A DNA stretch of 57,076 bases from Chromera velia (Eukaryota). The position numbers were made by a program, and so were the translations under genes. Shown piece by piece: positions 43,616 to 55,301 of the stretch. A model generated the notes under the pieces. It was given only the letters and a program-made list of their open reading frames with translations, was not told the origin of the DNA and made no database searches. Numbering within the stretch: position 1 is the first letter of the stretch; each line of letters begins with the position of its first letter. The stretch lies in assembly GCA_018398765.1 (NCBI GenBank), contig JAHBMJ010000122.1:1-57076 (forward strand). Reading direction: 5' to 3'.

Positions 43616-46088
43616 TTTCTTTCTTTCTTTCTTCTCCCTCCCTCCCCCTGTCTCTCTCTCTCTCTCTCTCTTATATATATATATATACACACACACACAG
43701 AGACCCACAGACCCCTGTTCGAAGAGTCCCCATACAAAAACCAGAGCTGGACTGCACTGAGGAGAAACAAACGGATCCCGCTCCACCGTTCCTGTTGCTT
43801 TGTCAGAGAACCTGCGTGAATGTGCAATCAGAAGGTAGGAGCATGAAGGCAGACCTCCTTGGAAAATCCGTTCAAGGGCGGCGCTTCGTGCAGTGAGGGA
43901 GGCGCAGGGAAAGAGTCCGACTCACAAAACTAAGCATAACACATCATGCACTGAGTGTCCACCGAAACGGACAGTGTAAGTCTGGAAGAGACGGACAGCC
44001 ACTTTTCACGATTCTCTTTTCTGCTCTTCAAACCGCGTCCGTTGCCTCACGCTGACGCAATTGGGTGACTTCGATGGCATCGCGATTCAATGGGTCGGCC
44101 CACTGAGAAGGAAAAGCCTCCGAAGAAGTCCTTCTGTGAACTGACCGGAAGACGCAGAGGCATACAGGAGCACTGCCTGAGTTTGGGAGAGGACTGCGGA
44201 TCTGGAGTTTTGTGCTGCAATTCAATGAAGGAAGGGAAGGGAAGGGGAAGGAAAGGAAGTAGGGAGGGGAAGACAGAGCCAATGAGAAGGAAGGAAGGAA
44301 TCGTTCAAAGAAACGCAAAAGCATGAGAGGGACGAACACGGAGAGGGGCAGAAAGGAAGGAAGGAAGGAAAGAGCAGTAAGGAAGCCAGCCACAGACACG
44401 TGCCAGTGAGACAGGCAGACAGTACGTCTCATTTCTCTCACTTCCTTTCAGACACGAGAGAGAAAGAACGAAGAATGAATGAATATACGATTGAATGAAA
44501 AGGGAAAGTGGAACTGATGACCAGATGGCTGGAAGGATGCGAACAGCAAACACCAGGGACTAGACAGGCAGACCACTGGAGGCAGGCCGTCCTTCTCGTT
44601 TTCTTTTTTTTCGCTGTAGCCGAGTTTTTTTCCCTGTTTCTTTGTCTTTTCCTCGTAAAACACACTCCATGATCAGGCCTAAAGGATCATTCTACAATGA
44701 AATCGTCGAAGGGGAAGGAAAGGAAGTAGGGAGGGAAAAGAGAAGAAAGAATCAGTGCGAAGGAAGCGATTCGGAACCACAAAAGTATGAGAGAAACGAA
44801 AAACGGTAAGGGCAGGAAGGAAGGAAGGAAGGAAGGAAGGAGGGAAGGAAAGAAGGAAGGAAGGAAGGAAGGAAAGAAGGAAGGAAGGAAGGAAGGAAGG
44901 AAGGAAGGAAGGAAGGAAAGAAGGAAGGAAGGAAGGAAGGAAAGAAGGAAGGAAGGAAGGAAGGAAGGACGGACGGACGGACGGAAGGAAGGAAGGAAGG
45001 GAAGGAAGGAAGGAAGGAAGGAAGGAAGGGAAGGAAGGAAGGAAGGGAAGGAAGGAAGGAAGGAAGGAAGGAAGGAAGGAAGGAAAGAAGGAAGGAAGGA
45101 AGGAAGGAAGGAAGGAAGGAAAGAAGGAAGGAAGGAAGGAAGGAAGGACGGACGGACGGACGGACGGAAGGAAGGAAGGAAGAAAGGAAGGAAGGGAAGG
45201 AAGGAAGGAAGGAAGGAAGGAAGGAAGGAACGAAGGAAGGAAGGAACGAAGGAAGGAAGGAACGAAGGAAGGAAGGAAGGAACGAAGGAAGGAAGGAAGG
45301 AAGGAAGGAAGGAAGGAAGGAAGGAAGGAGCAGCAAGGAAGCCAGTCACACAGACAAACAGACAGACGGTATGTCTATTTTCTCTCTCTTTTTCTTTTCG
45401 GACCCGAAAGAGCAAGAAAAAAAAGAAACACAGGCAGAATAAGAATGATGGAATCAGTGAAAAACAAAAAGCGAAAGCCGAGTTGATAAGCAGATGGCCG
45501 GAAGAATCCGAACAACAAACAACAGGGACCAGGCTGGCAGAATACTAGAGGGAAGATCAGGCAGGCAATCCTTCTCCAGCTTTTTTTTACCTTTGGGTGG
45601 AACACCAAGGTTTTCTCCCTCTTTTTTTCTCTTTGCATGAATAAACACACTCTACAGACAACTCCAAAAGATTCGGCACAGGCTTCGAGATCGGGTCGTG
45701 TTCTCGTGCGTCGTTCTGAAGAGACGGCAGGAGACGGCAAAAGGCAGGAGGTGGGGAAAGGGTCACAGCGACTGGATCCAGGGTCCTCAGCTTCGTCCGG
45801 AAGGATAGCCGAGCAGTTTCCTTTATGTCAAGCTTGCACGTGCAGTCAGATACAAAAAGACAGGCAGATAGACGGTGACCTACCGTCTAGAGCGTCTGCG
45901 GAGACGTCGAAGTGATCCGTCAGTGGCCGCGGTGGAAACCCGAGAGCGATGGATCCGTCAGGGTAGACCAACTCGCTTGGACACTTGGACAGTTCTTCTA
46001 GCCTTGTTCCCGGTGTTACAGCATTCTGGAAGTACGTGAGCTTTCTGCCTGGCTGCAGATGCTCGTCTTTGAGGAACGATCCGGGCAT
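42150..46088 (-). CDS. Multi-exon gene of unknown function, divergent from PGK. Exon structure only partly resolved
   Basis: The ATG at 46088 opens MPGSFLKDEHLQPGRKLTYFQNAV..SADALD followed by a GTAGGT donor. Further coding-like minus-strand segments lie near 42940-43100 and 42165-42320 (ESFDIHRPSVPAAARRVAASYIQKNECPSFDLLTSLIDDQKDIMSPR). Confidence 0.4.
44812..45328. repeat. ~500-bp (GGAA)n microsatellite with GGAC interruptions
   Basis: Directly visible. Confidence 0.97.
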
Positions 46089-46690
46089 TATTTCTCCTTC
46101 TCGCAATCAACCTTCACACCCACTTCCACGTCAGCCCATGCAGTTGCGCGACAGTGAGGATGGAAACTATGAACGGCAACAAAGGTCCCTGTCTATATGC
46201 AGCATAACTGAGACGCTGCGGTACTGAGGTCATGTGGCTCGGAGATCCAAGTCCTTTGACAGGCTTTGAGTGCATGCATGGTGGAGGCTCAGTCTGCAAG
46301 CCGAAGGCATGCCGAAGGCGCACCGTGGACGGGTTGACAGGGCGGCAGGGGCCGCAGGGCCCCGGCATTGTGCCCCCAAAGCTGCATGCATGTGGCATGC
46401 CGGAATTTTTTCCTTGGGCCCTTGCACGGCGGATCATCCGAGGCACTCAGCCGTTTCTGACTGGAAAAATTCGCGCCCAAAAAATCTGCCTGGAAAAATT
46501 GCGGTCAGACAATTTCAGATTTCAGGTTTTGTCATCCTTCTCGGCTTTCACTGAGAAGCACAAAAGAGACGCCCACAATTACTCACCACTCTTCTGTCTT
46601 GCTACTGTCGCTTTGCTCTGTTGAGCTTGTCCTTTCTTTTTTTAAAGACAAAAACTCGACCAACACTTTGAATCTCTACCGTCTGCCAAG

Positions 46691-49600
46691 ATGCTCTCCT
46701 CCAAGATCGGACTCGCTGATATCGCCGACCAGGTGGGTCAAGGCTTTGCACCCTCTGACATAGATGTGAAGAGCCTTTCCTTGGAGTGGAAATTGTGCAC
46801 AGAAAATAGGAGGAGTCACCGTTATATATTTTGTGGATGTGCGGACTGAATTCCTAGGCTTCACTTGCTGTCTCCTGAATTTCGCGTTCTGTACGTGCAG
46901 GTGAAGGGCAAGCGCCTCCTCATGCGATGCGACTTCAACGTCCCCATCAAGGAGGGCGCAGTGACAGACCCGAAGAGAATCAGAGAGACCATCCCAACCA
47001 TCAAGTTTGCTCTTGAGAAGGGCGCAAAGGCCGTCATCCTCATGAGCCACTGCGGCAGACCCGATGGCAAGAAGGAGATGAAGTACACCCTCAAGCCCGT
47101 CGTGCCTGTCCTCGAGGAGCTTCTCGGCAAGAAGGTGACCTTCCTTGATGACTGTGTGGGTGCCGATGTCGAGAAGGCCTGTGCCGACCCTGCAGAGGGC
47201 TCTGTGATTCTTCTCGAGAACCTCCGCTTCCACGTGGCGGAGGAGGGCAAGGGAACCGACGAGAAGGGAGAGAAGATCAAGGCCTCCAAGGAATCCACTG
47301 ACGCCTTCAGAGCCTCCCTCACCAAGTCAGTAAGGCAGGCAGTCAGCAAGGCACGCTTTTCTTTGCAGTCTGACCTGACTCAGTCTGCCCTAATTTGGAC
47401 CGTCAAACTGAGGAGAAAGGGATATCTGTAGTTCCTTTCTGTGTGCACTTGGTAACTCTCACGGGCCAACTGCCGTGCCCTTCCTTCTCCCCTTTTTTCA
47501 TTGAGAGGACGGTCGCGTGAGGGTCCAATGGCCACGTCCTCTGATTTCTTCCTCTGGCTTTTCGTGCGGGTGGATTCGATGGGGGGCATTTTCTTTCTTC
47601 TCCTGTGCCCAGATTATGTTTAGCCATTCATACGGGTCATTGCACGCACGCACACACGTATGCAGGCTCGGAGACATCTTCGTGAACGACGCCTTCGGAA
47701 CTGCCCATCGTGCCCACTCCTCCATGGTCGGAGTCGACCTTCCCATCAAGTCAGTAAGACAGTTACTCTCTCTGAGTTTGCATAGAGGTTTTCGTCGGGC
47801 AGGGGCTTGTTTGGGTGGCAGGCCTTTCCTGAAGGCTCTCTTCTTTTCTGTCTGCTGGGCCGTCATCACTTCTCTGGCCTTTGTCGAATCTTTTAGCCGT
47901 TCGGATGCGGGGGTTGCAGGCATTCCAAGTTATCTCTTCGGTCGCTTGGGAGAGAAACTGTGAAACAAGTTTCCTTCCTTTCTGCATGTGCGATGTGGGC
48001 CAATTTGCGTGTGTTCATGCAGGGCTGCCGGTCTCCTGATGAAGAAGGAGCTGGACTACTTCGGTCGGTTACCTCTCTCTTTTTTTTTTTCGGCTCTCCT
48101 CCGTTTATTTCCTTCGTTCCACCCCTCTCTGTGTCTGTGTGTGTAATGCATTTGTGTGTGCGAACGAAAGACAGGTCTGTGCACTTGCCTTCCCTTCCCG
48201 ACTGCTTGCATCCCTGCATGGTGCGATCGGACGCTCGAAAGCAAGGGGACGATGAGCAAGGAAGAAGTTGTGCAGGCTTTTGAACAAGAAACCAGAGGAG
48301 CGGGTCGGAGAGAGGCAGGCAAGAAGACACACAGTGTTCTTGTGTGCTGTACAGATCTGTGGCGGCTATCTACATCGACTCGACCAGCCCTCTCGCTTCT
48401 CCCAGCTCCTTCAATTCAGCGGCTCTTCTCACTTCTTCCCACACTATCTTGTTCTCTTGAATCCTCTCTGTTTGATCTGCATGATGTCTGCAGGCCAGGC
48501 CCTCGAGAGCCCCCAGAGGCCCTTCCTTGCTATTCTCGGTCAGTCAGTCAGTGAGTCAAGGAGTCAGTCAGCCTGTCTTGTCTGTCCGTCTGTTCGGTAA
48601 TTACTCCGTGAGGAAGTGGGCTTGACTGCCTTGAAGACACTCGGAGAAGAGGACCAGCACCACCATCAGGTGTGCTCCTCTCCCCCGTTCTTTGATGGAA
48701 AAGCTCTTTTCCTTTCCTGCCTTCGTTTCTTGCACACAACACAGCGGGCGTTTACATTTCTCCAGTCAGTTTACATTTCTCCAGTCAGTTCGTGTTGCTT
48801 TTTCCCCCCACTCATCCCACTCACTCTGCCTCTCTTTCTCTTTTTTCCTTTGCAGGAGGCGCCAAGGTTGCCGACAAGATCCAGCTGATCAAGTCCCTCC
48901 TCGACAAGGTCGGTCGGTCGGTTGGTGGGAGAGTGAGCGAGGGAAGTACCGACCGAGCTGGGGTTGCGACGGTCTGGATGGGGACGGTGGCGTAGGGGTG
49001 TGACACGAGTGCGAGTTTTCTTTCTGTGTTTACCCCACGGGCACTTTTCCTGTTCTGTTGTGCCATCCTCATTCGTGCTTTGAATTTTGGGTGAGTGCGT
49101 CAGTGTGTGAATATACGCGTTGATTCTCTGATGCTGTGTAATGTTCTTCTCCAATCCATCTCTTTTCCATACTTTCCTTTTTTTTTTTGAACAGATTTCT
49201 TGGTGTCCCCCTTCTTGCTCATTATCTCCCGCTCAAGACGAGATCGTTTGCCTCTCTTGTCGATCGATGAGCGTGCATGTGTCAATTCCTTCCCTTCTGT
49301 CTGCTCTCTCTCTTTCCGTCTCTTCCTTCCTCGTGCAGGTGAACCTTCTGATTGTTGGAGGCGGTATGGCATACACTTTCTTGAAGGTCCTGAAGGGAAT
49401 GCCCATCGGGTCTTCTCTGTTCGACGAGGAGGGGGCGAAGATCGTGCCTGAGATCATGGAGAAGGCTAAGGAGAAGGGAGTGGAGATCCTCCTCCCTGTG
49501 GACTTCACCTGCGCAGACAAATTCGACCCTGAGGCGAACGTCAGTCAGTCAGTCAGTTAACAGGGCAGTGAGTGAGTCTGTCATTGAAGTAGTGGGTGAG

Positions 49601-50230
49601 GCAGTCCGAAGCAGGATCTGTATATCGATAGCTGTGCTGGAGAAGAACCTGAAAGCGAAGCCATCCTTTCTGAGGATTGTCCGCCTTTCTTCACCCACTC
49701 TGTTTCTCTTTCATTTTTGCCCTTCTTCTTCTTCTTCTTCCGGGCCGACCTCTCTTCTTTTTTCCCGACGCCCTACCTCAATCTGTCAACTTGTCTTCTT
49801 TTCCTGTCTTGTCTTCCTGCCCGTCTGGTTTTTTTTTTCAATCAATCGACGGATCGAGCGACTGCAGACCCAGGCCGCCGAGGAAGCTGCCGGAATTCCC
49901 GACGGCTGGATGGGTCTGGACTGTGGCCCCAAGTCGATTGAGAACGCGAAGGCGATGATCGGAAAGGCCAAGACGATCGTTTGGAATGGCCCCCAGGGTG
50001 TCTTTGAGTTCCCCAAATTCGCTGTGGGGTCCAACTCCTTCCTCGAGGCCTGCGTTGAGGCCACCAAGGGGGGCGCAGTGACCATCGTGGGAGGAGGAGA
50101 CACCGCAGCCCTGGTGGAGCAGCAGGGGAAGTCCGCTGGATTCTCCCACGTGTCCACAGGTGGCGGCGCCTCTCTGGAGCTTCTCGAGGGCAAGGAGCTT
50201 CCTGGCGTCCTCGCTCTTTCCTCTAAGTAA
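46691..50230 (+). CDS. PGK: Phosphoglycerate kinase, 417 aa. Exons 46691-46732, 46901-47325, 47666-47749, 48023-48063, 48494-48538, 48856-48908, 49339-49539, 49868-50230
   Basis: Motifs [63 protein letters not shown] and [22 protein letters not shown]. The exons sum to 1254 nt. No N-terminal extension is seen, so it is likely cytosolic. Confidence 0.97.
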
Positions 50231-51940
50231 ACGTGCAGGCAGATAGCGAAGCACAGAAAAGGGGGGGGAGGGTGGATTGACAGGGTGTCGTAGTAAGTAG
50301 TCAGTCAGACCAGCAGCATGAATGAATGCGAGAAAACGCTGAAGAGGAGCAGTTCACCGTCAGATGACGTCAGCAAAAGAGGGGTTTGTGGGAGAGGAGG
50401 GAAGGAATGGATGGGTGAACGAGAGTCAGGAGTGCTTTACAGAGGAAGAGAGAAAGAAGGGGGGCGCTTGCCAATGTGCGACACCTCTGCTTTTTCTCTT
50501 CCTCCCTCCTCTTCTCCTCTGTCTGTTCATGAAGGAACGACTAACTCAAATCCCTCTTTCGTGACAGCCCCCACAGGAACGAAAATGAGCAAAGAAAAGG
50601 TGCAACAGGAAGGGGAAAAAAGGGACTCTGAATGCTCTCACTCTGCAGTCTCGACTAATGACAGGAGGGAGGGGGTGGGTGACGGGTCCGTGGATTGATC
50701 TTAGTAGTTGTGTATGAGCGATAAGTTTTTTCCCTTTACAAAGAAAAGCAGTCACATCTTTAATGGATGGATCTTTTGACTCCTGCCAAGTTCATGCATG
50801 CCTCCCTGCATGTGTGCTCTTAATTTCTGTTGTCCGTCTTTCTTCTGCATGCATTTGTTTCACTGCACTTCCTTCCTGTGTGTCCTCCTCCACACTTTCT
50901 CTGTCTGCATGTGTCCTTCTGTCTCTCTGCAAGCTGCATTGGGAAGAAGACCTCCGAAGAAAGAAACGCCAGTCAACACCAGAACAAACCGAAGTGGATT
51001 TCTTTCCCGCTTTTTGATCTTTTCTCTTTGATGAAATCGTTGAGGATCGAGGGCTTATCCGTCCGTTTGTCCTTCATTCCAAATTTCCAACCCTACACCG
51101 TGGTTTTCTCCAAGCTTCAACTGTCCATCAAACTCAATCAAAGCTTTTGTTAAAACTTCAAACCACTTTAATAATAGCGTAGTTCAGATTCTGATTTCAG
51201 TAGCAATACAAGTGATACCTAGAGCAATTATTTATGCCGATACCCTACGAATCCGGGTCATATCCACTAAGAATTTCTAGAAAAATTTAGTGGAATTTAT
51301 GTATAAAATCTAGAAAATATTCTAGAAGATATTTAATACTAAAATTTAGCTAGAAATTCATTGTAGAATGTGGAATTTATTTGTCTACATGCATGGATCT
51401 ATAGACTAGTATAGACATGGATTCCATTGAATAATTTAAGTTCATTGATTTCCACAAAATCAGAATTCCACAACTCTACTACTATAGTGAATCTATGCAG
51501 GAAACACTAGGTTGGCCAGAGCCTATACGGCTTACCGGCTTTAACTTGAACCTCATACATCATCATCATCATAGTAGTACTAAATGTTTTTACACATGAT
51601 TTAAAGTGATTGCTAGAACGATTGACTTTTACTTGAAGATTTCCAATCTTTTTCGTAGTCTTTTTCTTCATTCATTCTATATTGCAACTTTGTAAGGTAT
51701 GCAAGAAGGCGCACATGCAGCCTGCGCATTGATTTCATCAACATCTTACACCTTTGCACTACAAAAAGAAAGACATGCCGGAAAAGTGGATCGAATACGG
51801 GATCAGCAAATCACAGCCAGCGCCAGTGAGAAACCACCTCTCCTTCGATTGATGCACACATGACAAGGATCATTTGAAGCATCGCCAGGATAAACACGAT
51901 GGCCGGACCTTTTTGGTCAGACGGCGCCATGCATGCACTT

Positions 51941-52269
51941 CACTTTAATTCAAGGGAAGGGTGGGTGTGGGCAGAAGTTGACCGAAACGAAGTGCACTTT
52001 AATTCAAGGGAAGGGTGGGTGTGGGCAGAAGTTGACCGAAACGAAGTGCACTTTAATTCAAGGGAAGGGTGGGTGTGGGCAGAAGTTGACCGAAACGAAG
52101 TGCACTTTAATTCAAGGGAAGGGTGGGTGTGGGCAGAAGTTGACCGAAACGAAGTGCACTTTAATTCAAGGGAAGGGTGGGTGTGGGCAGAAGTTGACCG
52201 AAACGAAGTGCACTTTAATTCAAGGGAAGGGTGGGTGTGGGCATGCAGAAGTTGACCGAAACGAAGTGC
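51941..52269. repeat. 54-bp minisatellite, 6 copies (5 identical, the last with a 4-bp insertion)
   Basis: Unit CACTTTAATTCAAGGGAAGGGTGGGTGTGGGCAGAAGTTGACCGAAACGAAGTG. The ORFs show an 18-aa period. Confidence 0.97.
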
Positions 52270-52744
52270 AAACTCTGAGGATGGAAAGGGGAATGAGGGG
52301 CGAGTGATAGAGGTGCCAAGATCTTGATCAGATCTGACGAGACACCAGAAAGACACCGGAACAAACTGGGGGCATCGGTCGATCGGTCGATTGATCGAAC
52401 GAGGGGGGGAATGGGCGTACGCGGCGAAGCGAAAAAAAGAACCAAGCAACGCGTGGGTTCCCCTGGCATCTGCAAAGAAAAGACAGAGGGAAGAGAGAAC
52501 AAGATTTGCACAAAAATATGCATCTGCGTATGCAAGCGAACCAACCACTTCTCAGGGCTGGCAAATGCGTGCGACATACGGAACGTTGGCATGAGCACAA
52601 GCATTGGAGGAGTTCACACAACAACGCACACAAACAAGGCACCAAATGAAACAGTTAAAGTGGTGGAAACGTAAGTTGGGTCTCTCTTTTTGAAAATGCG
52701 TGTGTGTTCGTGTGTGCGTTCGTCCCCCCGCCCCCCCCCCTCCC

Positions 52745-52745
52745 T

Positions 52746-52783
<38 letters not shown>

Positions 52784-52855
52784 CTCTTTCTGTCTGTCTC
52801 TCTCTGTCTCTTTCTCTCTCTCTCTTTCTCTCTCTCTTTCTTTCTCCCTCTCCGA

Positions 52856-52907
<52 letters not shown>

Positions 52908-53754
52908 ACGTCTGCGAGCTTTCCCCCAACCGCCAATGTGTACGTGAAGTTCCCTTCTAAAGAAAGACAGAGATATTTTTCTGACAGACGAACGGACGGA
53001 CGGACCTCTACAGGGTGTCTGCTGAGCTCCCACTGAGGACGATGAAGCCGAAGACCGCCTTGGAGATAAAGTCTAGCCACGCGTAGCTGATCACCTCCCA
53101 GTAGACCGACATGACCATCAGACCCTCGGAGGCCACCCACACGACAGGATAGAGACTCCAGAGAACAAGCAGCATTGTGCACAGAAGTTTGCTCTGTTCC
53201 TTCACGTCGGCATCAACAGCTGCATGTATCCAGAGGAGGAGATAGGGAGTGCATGAAGGAACAGGAGAACAGAGAAAAGTTCTGGTAAAGGAAGAGCAGT
53301 GAGGCCGACCAGAGTGCCACGTCTCTCTTCAGTCGAGCGGCAGAGCCTGTTTCGTTTTCATTTGTACAGCTGTCCCTTCCTCTCTTGACCCTATTCCGCA
53401 ATCTCTTTTCCCTCATGTCTACAAAAACCATTCATTTTCCATATGCCTGATTGCCCTCCTTTTCTGTTCAGACGTCACTCAATTTGAGACTTCTCGTTCT
53501 GTCTATTTCGCCAGAGAGACGCATTCTCTTTCCTTTCCCCCCTTCCCTGTCTTTTTACTCGAACGTGCACACGCGCGCGCGCAGACGCGCACAGTCACTC
53601 ATTCATTCACTCACACCTAATCTTCCATCTACGGAACGGGAGACAAAGACAGAGGCTGGCAGGCGACGCAAGGCAAGGCAGCACTCAAGTCCCAAGCAAA
53701 CAGAAGGTAGGAGATAGGTCAAGCGCTAAAGTGAAAGAAAAAAAAGGCCTTCCN

Positions 53755-53812
<58 letters not shown>

Positions 53813-53884
53813 CTCTTTCTGTCTGTCTCTCTCTGTCTCTTTCTCTCTCTCTCTTTCTCTCTCTCTTTCTTTCTCCCTCTCCGA

Positions 53885-53948
<64 letters not shown>

Positions 53949-54794
53949 ACGTCTGCGAGCTTTCCCCCAACCGCCAATGTGTACGTGAAGTTCCCTTCTA
54001 AAGAAAGACAGAGATATTTTTCTGACAGACGAACGGACGGACGGACCTCTACAGGGTGTCTGCTGAGCTCCCACTGAGGACGATGAAGCCGAAGACCGCC
54101 TTGGAGATAAAGTCTAGCCACGCGTAGCTGATCACCTCCCAGTAGACCGACATGACCATCAGACCCTCGGAGGCCACCCACACGACAGGATAGAGACTCC
54201 AGAGAACAAGCAGCATTGTGCACAGAAGTTTGCTCTGTTCCTTCACGTCGGCATCAACAGCTGCATGTATCCAGAGGAGGAGATAGGGAGTGCATGAAGG
54301 AACAGGAGAACAGAGAAAAGTTCTGGTAAAGGAAGAGCAGTGAGGCCGACCAGAGTGCCACGTCTCTCTTCAGTCGAGCGGCAGAGCCTGTTTCGTTTTC
54401 ATTTGTACAGCTGTCCCTTCCTCTCTTGACCCTATTCCGCAATCTCTTTTCCCTCATGTCTACAAAAACCATTCATTTTCCATATGCCTGATTGCCCTCC
54501 TTTTCTGTTCAGACGTCACTCAATTTGAGACTTCTCGTTCTGTCTATTTCGCCAGAGAGACGCATTCTCTTTCCTTTCCCCCCTTCCCTGTCTTTTTACT
54601 CGAACGTGCACACGCGCGCGCGCAGACGCGCACAGTCACTCATTCATTCACTCACACCTAATCTTCCATCTACGGAACGGGAGACAAAGACAGAGGCTGG
54701 CAGGCGACGCAAGGCAAGGCAGCACTCAAGTCCCAAGCAAACAGAAGGTAGGAGATAGGTCAAGCGCTAAAGTGAAAGAAAAAAAAGGCCTTCC
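52745..54794. repeat. Near-identical ~1.04-kb direct duplication containing rhodopsin exon 2, joined at a single N (53754)
   Basis: Identical ORF pairs are offset by 1041 bp (53008/54049, 53213/54254, 53451/54492). The only differences seen are in microsatellite lengths. Confidence 0.93.
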
Positions 54795-55301
54795 TTTACA
54801 AGCCCCCCATACCCCTTCCTCCCTCCCTCTCCTCTCACATTTTCGCGTCGATTCCTCTGCAAAGTCCTGGAACGTTGTCATGAGTGCGTGGGCAACAGGG
54901 AGCATGAAGAAGCACCCGAGTGCGAAAAGATACCACCGTGCGCCCTCCTCCTGGTACCCTGCCAGATACCCTGCTGCTATCATCAGGACATCAAACCCAA
55001 TTGGGTACAGCATCTCCCTCAGAGGTGTCCCAGAGACCAGACCTAGGTCCAGAATCAAAAGAGGGGTCGTCAGTGCCCAGTCAAAGTATCGTGCATAGTA
55101 GAATGGCCGCTCCCCCACCATCTCTATGCCGTAGCCTCTCCACATGAGGACATAGGAGACAAACGCAATGACCACAACAGAGGTCGCCACAGCTTTGCTA
55201 GTCCGTTTGCCGGGTTCACTTGTGACCAAGATGAAGATGAAGGCTGCTGCAGCAAGCCCGAAGACGATGGTGGTGACCAACAGAGGATACTTCCCGAACA
55301 T
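54049..55301 (-). CDS. Microbial (type-1) rhodopsin, bacteriorhodopsin-like DTD proton-pump type, 224 aa. Exons 55301-54839 and 54260-54049 (duplicate exon 2 at 53219-53008)
   Basis: Seven hydrophobic helices. Helix C is RYFDWALTTPLLILDL, helix D is DVLMI, helix F is WSLYPVVW and helix G is LDFISKAVFG with the retinal-binding Lys. The GT-AG intron is phase 1 and keeps the frame. Confidence 0.95.

Noticed and set aside
44687..45548. ORFs of 190-250 aa (LPSF and KEGR repeats), and similar ones at 19.7-20.9 kb and 35.4-36.2 kb
   Set aside because: They are translations of microsatellites.
51941..52269. Possible CRISPR array
   Set aside because: The units are identical end to end with no unique spacers, there are no cas genes, and the context is eukaryotic.
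46691..55301. Functional PGK-rhodopsin energy cluster
   Set aside because: They are convergent eukaryotic genes separated by repeats, and adjacency alone is no evidence of co-regulation.
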